A stretch of 63,588 nt of DNA, the filler included, from Octopus bimaculoides (taxonomy: Eukaryota), in assembly GCF_001194135.2 (NCBI RefSeq). It is 4 parts of 4 records of this genome, joined end to end, with 100 filler letters (N's around TTAATTAATTAA, not from the genome) between each part and the next. Parts side by side here need not be neighbours in the genome. Positions count along the whole stretch, not along the records: positions 21,362 to 39,071 come from NC_069000.1; positions 39,172 to 60,484 come from NC_069004.1; 2 more parts are not named here. One strand, written 5' to 3'. Below the pieces are notes generated by a model that saw only the letters and a list, made by a program, of their open reading frames with translations, did no database searches and was not told the origin of the DNA. Below, one piece after another: positions 27,356 to 39,588 of this stretch. How positions within the stretch are numbered: the first letter of the stretch is position 1; each line of letters opens with the position of its first letter. The translations under genes and the position numbers were made by a program.

Positions 27356-28547
27356 CTATTTAGATAGGTACTTTTGCAGTTCTCCTTTCAATCCGTAAAT
27401 AACGTCAACCCTCTCGAATTCCATTCCTAGTTATGTTTTATTCTTGCAGATGTCGGCAGTTTCATCGGTCTTAAGAGTCCTATAAATCTCTTAAATGCAG
27501 CTTCTACCCTTGACAAAACTACATAAATTGAGATGGATTGAAATTCGTGAAACATAGAAAAGTCGTAGTTGAAGCAGAGTTTTATCCAACAACGATAGAA
27601 TAAAGATTTTCGTGTGGCGATTTTAATCTGAGAATGTTTTTAATTATATCTGGTGACATGGGAGACCCTATAACTGCAGCCGTAAGCAAAATACTGGAGC
27701 TGACGTCCCTTGAGCAATGCACCATCTGTTGACATCTGCATTTTATACAAGTGTGTGAGTGTACAACTCACACACTTCAATATTTATTCCTGTACATTAT
27801 CTTTCTTTTAATTCCTTTATGCATTTAATGTAAATTTATTTTTCACTNNNNNNNNNNNNNNNNNNNNNNNNNNNNNNNNNNNNNNNNNNNNNNNNNNNNN
27901 NNNNNNNNNNNNNNNNNNNNNNNNNNNNNNNNNNNNNNNNNNNNNNNNNNNNNNNNNNNNNNNNNNNNNNNNNNNNNNNNNNNNNNNNNNNNNNNNNNNN
28001 NNNNNNNNNNNNNNNNNNNNNNNNNNNNNNNNNNNNNNNNNNNNNNNNNNNNNNNNNNNNNNNNNNNNNNNNNNNNNNNNNNNNNNNNNNNNNNNNNNNN
28101 NNNNNNNNNNNNNNNNNNNNNNNNNNNNNNNNNNNNNNNNNNNNNNNNNNNNNNNNNNNNNNNNNNNNNNNNNNNNNNNNNNNNNNNNNNNNNNNNNNNN
28201 NNNNNNNNNNNNNNNNNNNNNNNNNNNNNNNNNNNNNNNNNNNNNNNNNNNNNNNNNNNNNNNNNNNNNNNNNNNNNNNNNNNNNNNNNNNNNNNNNNNN
28301 NNNNNNNNNNNNNNNNNNNNNNNNNNNNNNNNNNNNNNNNNNNNNNNNNNNNNNNNNNNNNNNNNNNNNNNNNNNNNNNNNNNNNNNNNNNNNNNNNNNN
28401 NNNNNNNNNNNNNNNNNNNNNNNNNNNNNNNNNNNNNNNNNNNNNNNNNNNNNNNNNNNNNNNNNNNNNNNNNNNNNNNNNNNNNNNNNNNNNNNNNNNN
28501 NNNNNNNNNNNNNNNNNNNNNNNNNNNNNNNNNNNNNNNNNNNNNNN

Positions 28548-28570
28548 GGATATTCCGTCATCAGAGACTA
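28548..28570 (-). ncRNA. Partial hammerhead ribozyme core (5' half), truncated by an assembly gap
   Basis: Minus strand UAGUCU-CUGAUGA-CGGA-AUA-UCC|N: the conserved CUGANGA box followed by a stem II missing only its last G. It lies at the 3' end of a Penelope-like element, where such ribozymes are known to occur. Confidence 0.5.
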
Positions 28571-29760
28571 ATTGGGGAAAATAGGGAAAATGAGAAGGAT
28601 ACACATTTTGATAAGATGGCGACACACAGGAAGGGAGTGAAAGAATAAGGAGATGGGAAGAAAGAAGAAAAATGAAACATAATAGTTCATAGTTCAGCTT
28701 TCCGATGCTGTAGAAACAAATGGATAAGTCCTTAGATGCAATCTTGTGTAGATCCATGTGGGTTGAAATCCTGATATTGTAAACATCCAGAAGAAAAAAA
28801 AAAACTTGAACATATCAACGTTCAATAACAGAATGGTAGCGGAGGTGGCTATTAAGTGGTAACAGGAAAGAAAAGTAAATGAATAGAAAGAGAGGAGGAT
28901 AGAGTGGGGGAGTTAAGGATTGGCTTTAGGATAAAGTAAGATATATAGCCATATATAAGAGAAGATAAGAGAGATGATGAGGAGGTAGAGGAAGATAGCG
29001 TAAAAAAACCCCAGACAAAATAGAGCAAAATGAAAGGAATTTGAAGAGAGTAGTAGGTGTCGGTGACAGTCTTCTAGTCCATCAGTGTTAGGGAGGAAAT
29101 CTAGTAGTAAATGTTTGTGTCCGTTCTAGCTAAGGTCAGTGGCTGTAATGTTATTTTTGGCAATGAGGTTATGGGTGTGTAGGTAGTCGAGAATGGAGGA
29201 GCTAGTTAAATGTTAAATTATTTATGAGTAGGAGTTAGAATTAGATATTAGGGGATTTATTGGGTTACAGATTAAAAATAAATTAAGGATAAATTAAAGA
29301 ATTAATATTTATCTCATAAAGTGATGAGGTAAAGTAGATAGAAAATATATAAGAGATAAGGTAGATATAAGAGATATAGGAGAGATAGAAGAGATATAAA
29401 GGGGCATGTGTTAGTGATCATAGGGGTTTGTATGTGGGTACTATTTGTCAGGGATGACCTTACATCTAGATTTATGAAAGAATTTAAAAGTGGGGAAGAA
29501 TTTGTGCTTACGTATGTATGGTGAAGGCTTTGTTGTGTTTATTAAGTAATTGTGGTGAGTTATGGGTTAAAATTTTGAGGGTTTCTTTTAAGCATAGTCC
29601 ACAAATGGAGTGTTGGCTCTGATACGGAATACCCGAGAATAGCCCAGGAAAATTTATATTGTATTTTTCTATTAATTTGATGGTGTACGTGGCTGGCTAG
29701 TGATGTGGAAATGTTATTCTCTTTTTATTTAAACGAGTTTAAATGTGCATAATATCTTTG
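28548..29760 (-). mobile_element. 5'-truncated Penelope-like retroelement (GIY-YIG endonuclease C-terminus plus pyrimidine-rich 3' region)
   Basis: Minus 29760 to ~29460 reads QRYYAHLNSFK*KENNISTSLASHVHHQINRKIQYKFSWAILG / IPYQSQHSICGLCLKETLKILTHNSPQLLNK / KHKFF with frameshifts. This matches the PLE endonuclease tail (RYxxHxxSF...TxLSxYI...W.I...PY...CxLCLxE...LLNK...KF). Not in the ORF track. Confidence 0.85.
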
Positions 29761-30081
29761 TAGAAGAAGAAGAAGAAGAAGAAGAAGAATTAACTCAGAA
29801 AGCCGGAATGATTCCTGCACTCCCAGATGTGTAGAAACTTAGATTCAACGACATCCTGGGGCTTACAATCTCGTCTTTTGTCCATGCCCAATGTATCAAG
29901 AACTACATTAAAAATATGATACACACACNNNNNNNNNNNNNNNNNNNNNNNNNNNNNNNNNNNNNNNNNNNNNNNNNNNNNNNNNNNNNNNNNNNNNNNN
30001 NNNNNNNNNNNNNNNNNNNNNNNNNNNNNNNNNNNNNNNNNNNNNNNNNNNNNNNNNNNNNNNNNNNNNNNNNNNNNNNNN

Positions 30082-30133
<52 letters not shown>

Positions 30134-30779
30134 CCGGCCGTCGCTTTGTTGGCGACGGTTGTCGAGGTGTTTCATTTCGTTAGAGTGATGGCAGTAAGTT
30201 ACTGATGCCGTCGATATTTTTGTGTGCTTATTTATGGTTGCCTGGACTGAGTCGGAGCGATAGGGATATTGTCTTTTCCCGGATATGATCTTGACTGAAA
30301 AAAATCTATGATCAAATGTACTCCATTCCGTCTGTATTACAAACAGTGTATCGAGGACTATGTTACCAATGTATCGTTTCTTTTTAAAAGGTAGTGTATG
30401 ATTTCGGGAGGGATATTTGGTTGTTATTTCTAGCAGGTCGATCCACCACGGAGAGGCTACCCTCGTTTGCTCAGTGAAGTACAATGTGCTTTAGGGTGGC
30501 GTCATAGTACTGTTCTAAGCTTGGTAGTGTTGTTGATATTGTTGTCTCAGTGGATTATTTAACTTGCAAAGGAAAGGGCTTGGTTTGAATATTACTACAA
30601 AAACAAACTGCACACATCGCATGTCCGAATAATCCTTTATCTTTATTTAGTCATTTATTTATTCTTAGTATATTGGTTTCCTTGTGTAGGTGGTCCATGG
30701 GCGTGATCTGTGTGTAGTTAGTGATGCTGCGAGGTACTATAACTACCATCAGCAAAACTTCTGTCATAATAATTCCCGT

Positions 30780-31350
30780 AGGCGCAGGAGTGGCTGTGTG
30801 GTAAGTAGCTTGCTTACCAATCACATGGTTCCGGGTTCATTCCCACTGCGTGGAACCTTGGGCAAGTGTCTTCTACTATAGCCTCGGGCCGACCAATGCC
30901 TCGTGAGTGGATTTGGTAGACGGAAATTGAAAGAAGCCTGTCGTATATATGCATGTATATATATATATATATNNNNNNNNNNNNNNNNNNNNNNNNNNNN
31001 NNNNNNNNNNNNNNNNNNNNNNNNNNNNNNNNNNNNNNNNNNNNNNNNNNNNNNNNNNNNNNNNNNNNNNNNNNNNNNNNNNNNNNNNNNNNNNNNNNNN
31101 NNNNNNNNNATATATATGTATGTATGTATGTATGTGTGTGCATATGTTTGTGTGTCTATGTCTGCCCCAACCCCGCCAACATCGCTTGACAACCTATGGT
31201 GGTGTGTTTACGTCCTCGTAACCTAGCGGTTCGGAAAAAGAGACCAATAGAATAAGTACTAGGCTTACAAAGAATAAGTCCTGGGGTCGATTTGCTCGAC
31301 TAAAGGCGGTGCTCCAGCATGGCCACAGTCAAATGACTGAAACAAGTAAA
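30780..31350 (+). mobile_element. Near full-length SINE family B with an assembly gap in its internal (TA)n
   Basis: GGCGCAGGAGTGGCTGTGTGGTAAG...GGTTCATTCCC head; gap 30973-31109 between (TA)n and (TATG)n; intact 3' half. Confidence 0.9.
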
Positions 31351-31819
31351 AGTGTAGTAGTTCTGCGGCACTTTGCATATGAAAAGTTCAAAAAAAGAGA
31401 GAAAGAACTATATTTTACAGTTAAAAAAAAGTATATAGACAATTATAGCTTATCTTTGTTAGTTAATATTATCATTATAAATTTTAATTTGTTAATTTAT
31501 TAACTTATTAATCACATTTGTGTATTATAACAAATTTAGAAACACGTTTTCAAGATATTCAAATATTAAGCATGGATTTTTTTAAAGACTTAAATTATAT
31601 TTTTAAAAATCACTGACCTCTAAATCTAAATGCCTCTTGTGAATCACCATTTCAGTATCATTGCCCTACAGTTTTAAAAATAGACAAACACTGAAATGTG
31701 AAACTCTAGGCCGTTACTATGGTTGCCGTTGTTTCTATTATTGTTATTGTTGTTGTTGCTTCTATTACTATCATTTCTGGTATTGTTATTACTCTTGTTA
31801 TTGTCCACGTGAGTAAGGC

Positions 31820-31980
31820 AGTGTGCTGGTAGAAGTGTTCCCACTGCGGGCAAACTACTTAACGGCATTTCTTGCAGCTCTTCACTTCCTGAGTTCAAAT
31901 CCCACCGTGGACGGTTTTGACTTTTATCCTTCAGAGTTGAGAAAATAAGTATCACTTGAGCACTGGGGTCGATGTAATCC
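31820..31980 (+). mobile_element. SINE family A copy
   Basis: CTGAGTTCAAATCCC...GACTTTTATCCTTCAGAGTTGAGAAAATAAGTATCACTTGAGCACTGGGGTCGATGTAATC. Confidence 0.75.
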
Positions 31981-33170
31981 TGCGGTAGGTCTAACTACTA
32001 TTTCTATTAGTCTGAGTGATCATATAGAGACTCCCTCGTTAACTTGTAGCTGTTGTAGAATCGTGATTGTTGTTTTTATATGTGGTAACCCTTATAACCA
32101 CTGTGATAGCAATATTGCTGGCGATTGTTGTTACGATGCTGCGGGATACAATTTGCGGGATTATAATTGTTGTTATTGCAGCTATAGATATTAATCTAGT
32201 TGTTGCTTGAGTTCAGATCAACCAGAAACGAGCACATCTATAATCGAAAGCATTCTAGTCGAATGCATTGCTTTTATTTTGACATAGTATATCTAGTACT
32301 ATATTAGCTAAAGGGTCTCTTCTGTGTATTTAAATATGTTAGGGTTTAATCTAAAGGAGAGTTTTACTGTTGTTCCTAGCAGATCGAATGACCAGGATAG
32401 GGGGTCTCTGACGTAGACTCGACAGCATAGTGGCACTCTTGTGTTTGCTGTTGTACTTGTTGTTTGCTATCATATAAGATCTGGGATAACTTTTTGAAAT
32501 CCTATAACAGCGACAAGAATGGGTGATGGGTGAATGGAGCTTAGGGTTACAACAACATCCTTCCCTCTGATAGCATTAAAACATCAAAATCAACAAAAGC
32601 CAAAGACTAACAAACATTTGCTCTGAAACTCTCTCAAAATCGGCCACCACACACCATTAATAAGCATCATACCTCCGCTTATTTTCCTTTCTAATCCAGT
32701 GAAAGCTTCATCTGTTTCCTTAACAAGTACGCACCCCCCCCCCCATACACACGCACACACGCGCNNNNNNNNNNNNNNNNNNNNNNNNNNNNNNNNNNNN
32801 NNNNNNNNNNNNNNNNNNNNNNNNNNNNNNNNNNNNNNNNNNNNNNNNNNNNNNNNNNNNNNNNNNNNNNNNNNNNNNNNNNNNNNNNNNNNNNNNNNNN
32901 NNNNNNNNNNNNNNNNNNNNNNNNNNNNNNNNNNNNNNNNNNNNNNNNNNNNNNNNNNNNNNNNNNNNNNNNNNNNNNNNNNNNNNNNNNNNNNNNNNNN
33001 NNNNNNNNNNNNNNNNNNNNNNNNNNNNNNNNNNNNNNNNNNNNNNNNNNNNNNNNNNNNNNNNNNNNNNNNNNNNNNNNNNNNNNNNNNNNNNNNNNNN
33101 NNNNNNNNNNNNNNNNNNNNNNNNNNNNNNNNNNNNNNNNNNNNNNNNNNNNNNNNNNNNNNNNNNNNNN

Positions 33171-33233
<63 letters not shown>

Positions 33234-33379
33234 TGAAAAGATCGTTCTTCAATGTATTAATCAGTAAATAAAAAACTTCAATTATCTTTATTTGTGTAAA
33301 AAATAATTATGGCTCAACAATTGAATTAAGTGCTTCAAGTTCCTACTGGAACTCTCTCCAGGAGCAGAGAACAGTTGTG

Positions 33380-34526
33380 TGCTCCCGGCATTATTTCGCG
33401 TAAGAAGTTAACAACTTGAAACTTGATTCTATCGCTGAACCATGGCTCAAATATGGTTATGCGTGGCTATTTCTGTCTGGATTATTGAATAAATCTTTGA
33501 ACAATGGGTTGGAAGTCATCTTCTTTAATGGATATACCAAAGTACTAATGTTATTTCTTCCAAAACATATCCTCGCCAGCAGTTTACGTATCAACTATAC
33601 ATCATTGCACCTCACTAACACTCGACAGACATGAGCAGCATGCAAACTAGAGCCCTTATAATCAAGCCAAATATTATGTCTCACTGTCACTCAGGTCTTC
33701 CCCAAAGAAAGCACGTCCTTAACATAATTTGCATTGTGTTCCAAAATCTGGTCCTTCTCTTCAGGACTAGAAAATACTCACTCATTCTCACTCTTGCTAA
33801 CATTGCCGACTCTGTACCAAACTCAATGGTGTAATGTTCACACAAGTGTTAGTACTGATGTTGCACACTCAGAGACGTCATAGATCGGTAGTTCTCAACC
33901 AGAGTCTTTATAACCCCTGGGGATCCATATAAGAATTTTGGGGGGTCCACGCATGCAAAATTGTAAATTGTAATCCATGGCAGTATATTAAGTGTCAATG
34001 AAAAACTTTTGATTTAGATGTATTTACTGCAAGAAATAACTAGGTTCCTTTCTCTAATACTTTCCATAGTTTAATATGTTTCCGGCCACTGAAACGTGTT
34101 CTTTCAGAGTGTTGCTACAAACCTACGCAAGTGAATGTGCGAAAAACAAAATAGTAATTTTGAAAGAAGTATCTATGAAGCCAACTTTTAAACATGGAAT
34201 GGCCAAGGGGTTGGATCCACTAGAATAAACTAGTTATCAAAGGGGTTCATAGATGAAAAAATGGTTGAGAATCACTCTCCTAGACCACTTCCAGGGGTTC
34301 ACACACTCCAGCTTTTGGTCTATAAGTGTGCTCCCTTTTCTCTCTGCCTTTTTCTACTGCTGAACTTACCTCCCTCCTCTTGTCACTCATTTCGTTTCCC
34401 TTCCACCCAGCTCTGGACTGGCACTAACCCCTATATCCAGTCCTTCTTTCCTAAAACTCTATCCCTCTGGAATTTCTTACTTACTCATGTCTTTCGAACA
34501 GGTGTCGACATGTAGCAGTTTGAGCG
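33380..34526 (+). mobile_element. Decayed CR1/L2-group LINE 3' region, interrupted by a hAT MITE
   Basis: ~34425-34526 reads TGTNPYIQSFFPKTLSLWNFLLTHVFRTGVDM*QFE, matching the SFFPRTxxLWNxLP C-terminal motif. The part left of the MITE is only weakly recognisable. Confidence 0.6.
33886..34277. mobile_element. hAT (Charlie-like) MITE
   Basis: 15-bp imperfect TIRs CGGTAGTTCTCAACC / GGTTGAGAATCACTC. 8-bp flanks TCATAGAT and TCCTAGAC match at 6/8 and resemble the NTCTAGAN-type target. Confidence 0.8.
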
Positions 34527-34889
34527 NNNNNNNNNNNNNNNNNNNNNNNNNNNNNNNNNNNNNNNNNNNNNNNNNNNNNNNNNNNNNNNNNNNNNNNNNN
34601 NNNNNNNNNNNNNNNNNNNNNNNNNNNNNNNNNNNNNNNNNNNNNNNNNNNNNNNNNNNNNNNNNNNNNNNNNNNNNNNNNNNNNNNNNNNNNNNNNNNN
34701 NNNNNNNNNNNNNNNNNNNNNNNNNNNNNNNNNNNNNNNNNNNNNNNNNNNNNNNNNNNNNNNNNNNNNNNNNNNNNNNNNNNNNNNNNNNNNNNNNNNN
34801 NNNNNNNNNNNNNNNNNNNNNNNNNNNNNNNGGCTCTTGGAGGAAGAGTCCTCTGACACTTCTTTCATAGAGTCCTATCAGAAGCAATC

Positions 34890-35280
34890 ACCATCACATT
34901 TTTTGGTTGGATTTCCAAGCGTCTTTTAACTGAAACTTTAGTTATTATCCAACCATCTCATTCTTGGTCTACCCCCAAGATCTCCCGCCGCTTCCCTCGG
35001 CTTGAAGAATCCGTTTTGCGATTCTTTCCTACGGCATTCTACTGACATGTCCATGATACCGGAACTGTCACTCCTCAATTCAGAGAAGTAGCGGCGAGAC
35101 CTGAACTCCAAGCTACGCCCTCTGTCGAATAACGTTACTCCCGAGATCTCTCGTAGAAACCCGATTTCAGCCGCTTATATATATTCGTGATTGGACACTT
35201 TCGGTCATTACCCAACATCCATTACTATAGATGAGGATAGGCATAAAAACTGAATAAATTCGAGCAGTATTTGAAATCAA
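34890..35280 (-). mobile_element. RTE-clade LINE remnant (post-RT C-terminal region)
   Basis: Minus strand with frameshifts: PILIYSNGCWVMTESVQSRI..AAEIGFLREISGVTLFDR...QFRYHGHVSRMP*ERIAKRILQAEGSGGRSWGRPRMRWLDN. Confidence 0.9.
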
Positions 35281-36063
35281 ATCAAATAAAATAGCTCTAC
35301 TTGTTCTTCAACTTGTATCGAATTCTTTGAGGAATTGGTGTATTCCCTTATATTGTGAACTTTTCTGAAAGTTTGTAAGTTCAAAAGACGTTAAAATACC
35401 GCCTCGTTTATGGGACAAACCAAAAACGTTATACGTGAGTGTATGTGCATATTGCGTTTGTGTGTGCACGTGTAAGTGCGTGTATGTGCGTGTGCACGTG
35501 TTGTGCTTTTGCGTGTGTATGTGCGTGTGTGAGCATATCGTATTTGTGCGTGTGCTTCGTTGGCTAAATCTTTGCCACTGTGAGAAATCACGGAATAGGG
35601 ACACGTTAATAGTTATAGCGATGGCAATGGAAGGGTGGCGGCGGCCAGGCGGTGGTGGTGGTGGTGGTGGTGGTGTTGGAAGTGATATGGTAGTGNNNNN
35701 NNNNNNNNNNNNNNNNNNNNNNNNNNNNNNNNNNNNNNNNNNNNNNNNNNNNNNNNNNNNNNNNNNNNNNNNNNNNNNNNNNNNNNNNNNNNNNNNNNNN
35801 NNNNNNNNNNNNNNNNNNNNNNNNNNNNNNNNNNNNNNNNNNNNNNNNNNNNNNNNNNNNNNNNNNNNNNNNNNNNNNNNNNNNNNNNNNNNNNNNNNNN
35901 NNNNNNNNNNNNNNNNNNNNNNNNNNNNNNNNNNNNNNNNNNNNNNNNNNNNNNNNNNNNNNNNNNNNNNNNNNNNNNNNNNNNNNNNNNNNNNNNNNNN
36001 NNNNNNNNNNNNNNNNNNNNNTGCACACAGAAATTCTTACATTCTACTACATAGATATATACA

Positions 36064-36104
<41 letters not shown>

Positions 36105-36291
36105 CATGCACATGTATTTGTAAAAAGCACATACAGAAGGACAAACATCAAATTTCTCTCTCTCTCTCTCCCTCTCTCTTTCCTTCCTTCTCTCACACAC
36201 ACCCATCTTTACATACCATACCCCTACCACTCTCTTCTCCAACCTTCCATCTTCAAGAGGGTACTTTATCAATTTCTGTCTTCCCCCCCCC

Positions 36292-36331
<40 letters not shown>

Positions 36332-36390
36332 TCTCTCACTATCTCTTTCACTCCGTCGCTGTATGTATGTATGTATGTATGTATGTATGT

Positions 36391-36720
36391 GAAGGCGCAT
36401 GGCTCAGTGGTTACAGCATCGGACTCACAATCCTGTGGTAGTGAGTTCGGTTCTCGGATCGGGTTGTGTATTGCGTTTTTAAGCAAGACACTTTATTTCA
36501 CTTAGCTCCAGTTCACTCAGCTGTAGAAATGGGTTGCGACGTTACTTGGTGCCAGACTGTACTGGCCTTTGCCTTTCCCTTGGATAACATCGGTGGTTTG
36601 GGAAGGGAAGGCCGGTATGCATGGGTGACTGCTGGACTTCCATAAGCAACCTTGCCCAGACTTGTGCCTCAAAGGAGAACTTTCTACATGCATCCCATGG
36701 TCATTCATGACCGAAGGGAC
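36391..36720 (+). mobile_element. tRNA-derived SINE (family D-related head, distinct 3' part)
   Basis: GAAGGCGCATGGCTCAGTGGTTA...GAGTTCGGTTCTC head. The 3' part matches 61590-61710. Confidence 0.8.
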
Positions 36721-37659
36721 GCCCATCTTTACCCTCGTGTGTGTGTGTGTGTGCAATTCTGTGTGTATGAATACAAATATGTATTTGTATTATAAGGCAA
36801 ATGAGGAATCCATGCTGCTCTGTGACAACTCTTCCCCAAAATCCTGTCAGACCTAAAGGTCAACCCAGCAAAGGTCAGTCCTACTAGAAGCTTGCTTCCT
36901 GACCACTACGTAACACCTTGGGCAAGTAAGTGCCTTCTACTATAACACTGAACTTGACGGAAACTGAAAGAAACCCGTACAGTGCCAGATAGAAACCATC
37001 TATCGACAATTTCGGAATATAACAATACAACAGTGGCAACAGACCGCTATATATGTTATTGTTATAAAGCAGTCTGTTGTATCTGCCTTGTACGACGGTT
37101 GTCGCTCTGATAGATATTGTTATATTCCGAAGTTGCCGAAAGATGTTTCTGTCTGGCACTGTACGACCCCCAGTCGTACAGTGACATTATTCTCAAAGGG
37201 TTGTATCGTTATAACACCCACTTAGTATCGCAGTCTAATAACTAGATCAGTACAGACTAACAACACAGTCTAACATGCACCCACGTACTCTAAATACTCA
37301 CTCGATGCTGGCCGACGTCACCTTAAGTATGGTAACTGACCATTCCACTCGTCATGTGGGAGGGGTGTACCATTATTACTAATTCCCTACAACATCTCCC
37401 CTTTTAAGTTTTTTTGAAGAAGTGTCATTTTATTTAGCAATAATATTTTTATTAACCCCCACCTCTCTGTTTTAAGCCTTTTTTTTTTCAGCAATAATTC
37501 CCACTGGCGATTAAATCTACTGTCAGCCATGGTGTGTGTTAATTTTTTAACAAATGTGAGCATGAGCGACTAACAAATCGGTCACCTTTGTTGAAATATC
37601 TGTACAAACTCTTAGTTTGTCGTTCTTTCTAGAGTGCGTCTTAATATGTCCTACATTCT

Positions 37660-37773
37660 TTTCTATTCTAGGCACAAGGCCCGAAATTTTGGTACTTAAT
37701 TTATCGACCCCGAAAGGATGAAAGGAAAAGTCGACCTCGGCGGAATTTGAACTCAGAACGTAAAAACAGACGA
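37660..37773 (-). mobile_element. SINE family A inserted inside the Gypsy internal region
   Basis: GGCACAAGGCCCGAAATTTTGGTACTT...CGACCCCGAAAGGATGAAAGGAAAAGTCGACCTCGGCGGAATTTGAACTCAGAACG. Confidence 0.9.
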
Positions 37774-37929
37774 AATAATATGTCCTATATTGTCACAACG
37801 AAAACACTTCGCTGTTTTAAATAAACAATTTTTCCTTAAGTGCATACGACCGTGTAAAAAACATGAATTTATATCCTTATGCTTGTCGTATTTTTAGAAA
37901 ACACTATTCAGACTTGTTTTTACTTGGAA

Positions 37930-38690
37930 ACAGTCTTCACGATCAATTTCCTGTGTCGTGTCTTGAATCCAACATTAAACACGAAGGTCTCCTTTCACAT
38001 CCTTCAGACACTTTTTGCAGAGTTCCATCCTGGTTTTGCTCTAACTTTGCAAGAATTCTAGTTCTGACTTTTGTGTCCTTTGCGGCAGTCAGTTCGTGTA
38101 AAAATCAGGCATTTGAACATATCTGGAGTTAATTTATCAAGCTTAAACTTCTCGCATTCTCTGTTTACTCTACCAGCATATGTAATAAAGTCTTCATCGT
38201 TGTTTTTCTCTATGTTCAGGTACTTTCTACGTATGCTGAACAATGAGCTTTTTTCACTGAAAATTTTACACAATATATCTATTGTGTCGTTAAAATTTAT
38301 GTCCGAAGGTTTTCTTGGAGGTGCATAATTACTGTATCGTTCGTGTCCTGCTGCTGCCAGTTTTCTCAAAATTAAACGCCTTTTCATTTCGTCGTCCCAA
38401 TCTTTACATTCTTTCTCGAAGATTTGCTCATGTCATCAGTAGTATACATCGAAGGTAACTCCGTCAGGTTTATATTTTAATTCAGTTATTGACATCGCGA
38501 CATAGTCTGACGGGAACACTTTTTCTGACTTTCCTGATGACTTCATTAATTGCAGTATTTGTTGTTGCAAAATTAGTTGTTGTTGCTTTTGTTGTTGCAA
38601 AATTAGTTGTTGTTGCTTTTGTTGTTGCTCTTGCAGTTGAATCTGTTGTTGTTCCTTCAGTTGTTATTGTTGTTGTTTTTGCAACTCGAG
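37930..38690 (-). pseudogene. Gypsy gag-like remnant with Q-rich N-terminus
   Basis: QQQKQQQLILQQQ...SITELKYKPDGVTFDVYY**HEQIFEKECKDWDDEMKRRLILRKL...DFITYAGRVNRECEKFKLDKLTPDMFKCLIF...TRILAKLEQN. Contains stops and a frameshift. Confidence 0.85.
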
Positions 38691-39037
38691 CATAATTCTG
38701 ACGATTTACGTAAAAGTCTCGCAACAAAACTTCGTGAGTTTGTCAACTTCTCGTGAGCTGTTTGAATCCTTGTCCTCACTGTTATAAAGCAGTCTATGTC
38801 TTCTACGAAGGTTGTCGGACAGAGTTATTATCCTCAAAGGGTTGGATCGTTATAACGACCATTCAGTATCACAGTATAATTACTATATCAGTACAGACAC
38901 GACTAACATCACAATCTAACATGCACTCTCGTACTCTAAGCACTGTCACGACACTGGCAGACGACGCCTTACCTATAGTGACTGGTCATTCCAGTCGTCA
39001 CGTGGGAGGGGTGCACCGTTATTACTAATTCCCTACA

Positions 39038-39071
<34 letters not shown>

Positions 39072-39171
39072 NNNNNNNNNNNNNNNNNNNNNNNNNNNNN
39101 NNNNNNNNNNNNNNNTTAATTAATTAANNNNNNNNNNNNNNNNNNNNNNNNNNNNNNNNNNNNNNNNNNNN
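39072..39171. other. Artificial scaffold-joining linker
   Basis: 44 N + TTAATTAATTAA + 44 N. Confidence 0.95.
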
Positions 39172-39218
<47 letters not shown>

Positions 39219-39399
39219 AATGTCGAACGATGAAAGTGAGTGCTCAACACTGCATTGGTAGACAGAATTTCTTTATTTGTGAATTAAGGCTACCATTGGT
39301 TTCATGTTAAGAAAAATAGGAAAATATCTTAATATCTTAACAATTCTCCAAGCCCAAAATACACAGACACACACACATGTATGTATGTATGTATATATG

Positions 39400-39540
39400 C
39401 ACAGGTGTATCTATGTGGTAAGAAGCTTGCTTCCCAACCATATGGTTCCGGGTTCAGTCCCACTGGATGACACTCTGGGCAAGTGTCTAATGCTATAGCT
39501 TTGTGTAGAGCAAAGCCTTGAGTGGATTTGGTAGATACAC
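39400..39540 (+). mobile_element. 5' half of SINE family B
   Basis: GTGGTAAGAAGCTTGCTTCCCAACCATATGGTTCCGGGTTCAGTCCCACTG...GTGGATTTGGTAGA. Confidence 0.85.
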
Positions 39541-39547
39541 TTAATAT

Positions 39548-39588
<41 letters not shown>

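Larger units (their letters stand above)
37060..39040 (-). mobile_element. Internally deleted Gypsy-type LTR retrotransposon with both LTRs
   Basis: LTRs 38780-39040 (5') and 37060-37394 (3') both run TGTTGTAGGGAATT...TTATAACA on the minus strand. PBS-like GTGAGGACAAGG follows the 5' LTR; PPT AAAAGGGGAGA (37395-37405) precedes the 3' LTR. Gag-like remnant present; no RT, RNase H or integrase core. Confidence 0.9.

Noticed and set aside
29615-29650. CTCTGATACGGAATACCCGAG resembling the hammerhead at 28548
   Set aside because: Lacks the G of CUGANGA and the GAAA, and is explained as the antisense of the Penelope coding segment WAILG/IPYQ.
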